From assembly GCA_963749705.1 (NCBI GenBank), contig CAVVNQ010000018.1, positions 90,195-154,194 of the forward strand: DNA of 64,000 bases, given 5' to 3'. Numbering within the stretch: the stretch's first letter is position 1; each line of letters begins with the position of its first letter. A model generated the notes under the pieces. That model made no database searches. It was given only the letters and a program-made list of their open reading frames with translations, and was not told the origin of the DNA. The translations under genes were made by a program, and so were the position numbers. Below are positions 62,990-64,000 of the stretch, one piece after another. This stretch comes from an uncultured Chloroflexia bacterium. GTDB taxonomy: Bacteria > Chloroflexota > Limnocylindria > Limnocylindrales > CSP1-4.

Positions 62990-63966
62990 ATGCCGGCGAT
63001 CCCGGCGCCGGATCCTGGGAGGCGCTGGTCGGTCGCCGCCTCACGATCGACGTCCCCGCGTCGTCCGCCAACCTCGGGGCCGGCTATGACTGCCTGGGGC
63101 TCGCGCTCGAGCTGACCAATCGGGTGACCGTCGAAGCCTTGGAAGAAACGCGCGGGCCCGGCGCGATCGAGCTCGAGGTGACGGGCGAGGGCGCCGGCGA
63201 ATTGCCCGCGACTCGCGACAACCGGTTCATCGCCGGCCTCGAGCGCGTGCTCGAGACAGCCCTCGGCCAGCGGCCGCCGGCCATCGGCTGGCACGTGTCG
63301 ATGCACAACGACATCCCCCTGTCGCGCGGGCTTGGCTCGTCCGCCGCCGCGACGGTCGGCGGCGCGGCCGCGGGCAATGCCCTGGTCGGCGATGCACTGA
63401 CACCGGATGCCCTGCTCCAGGTCGCCACCATGATCGAGACGCATCCAGACAACGCCGCAGCCGTGCTGCTCGGCGGGTTCGTGGTCTCGGCGCATCTCGT
63501 GGACCGGGTGGCAGCCGTGCGCTTCGACGCACCGGCCGGACTCCGCTGCGTGCTGTTCATTCCCGAACGGCGGCTGTCCACCGAGGTCATGCGCGGGGTG
63601 CTCCCGACGGATGTCCCCTTGCGCCACGCGGTCGAGAACCTGGGCCGCGTCGCGATCGGGGTCGCGGGGATCGCCACCGGCCGGTTCGATCTTCTCGCGG
63701 ACCTCACCGTGGACCGGCTCCACGAGCCGTATCGGTCCGTGTCATATCCGGAGCTGCCACGGCTGACCGGCGCCGCGCGCGAGGCCGGGGCGCTCGGCGC
63801 GTTCCTGTCGGGCGCAGGGTCGACGGTCCTCGCGTTCATCGCGCCCGGCGGGGACAGCGAGCCGGTGGAGGCGGCGTTTCGAGCCGAGGCGGCCGCCTGC
63901 GGGCTCGCCGGGCGGACCGCGATCGTCGCGCCCCGCAACCACGGGCCGGAGGTCGTGGCCGGCTGA
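62990..63966 (+). CDS. thrB: Homoserine kinase (no in-frame start; probable indel near 63013)
   Basis: VPASSANLGAGYD upstream of the listed ORF; IPLSRGLGSSAA, HPDN, LSGAGST. Confidence 0.9.
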
Positions 63967-64000
63967 GCCGGCGAGCGCCGATCAGGCGTCCGCGGCGGAC

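Overview
High-GC, gene-dense bacterial chromosome segment, mostly housekeeping. The gene content and a small SWIM-finger gene suggest Chloroflexota (inference). From left to right it holds: rpsU-yqeY-pgpH-like-ybeY; pth-mfd-NUDIX; an ECF sigma/ZAS anti-sigma pair; an LLM oxidoreductase and an MFS transporter; a SAM-cycle cluster (apt, degenerate mtnA-like, GNAT, ahcY, S9 peptidase, metK); a truncated tRNA-Arg(CCG) followed by a lower-GC island with a cutinase-VWA-PKD-FN3-propeller protein; a polyamine ABC transporter; manC (frameshifted) and PMM; a secreted metzincin operon; a cobalamin riboswitch with BtuFCD-like genes; a GcvT-like/M20 operon and two phytoene-dehydrogenase-like FAD oxidoreductases that share a 25-bp operator-like motif; a kinase-M23-aminotransferase fusion; vapBC; surE; an AI-2E transporter; a ~62-bp-period palindromic repeat cluster; MOSC; trpS; and hom-thrC-thrB. 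The best leads are the probable GcvT-like/PDH-like amine catabolism regulon, the MtnA-like pseudo-enzyme, the twin divergent ECF promoters, the tRNA-half island, the repeat cluster and pervasive leaderless genes. Several single-base frameshifts suggest assembly indel errors. All calls come from manual motif reading; no searches were run.
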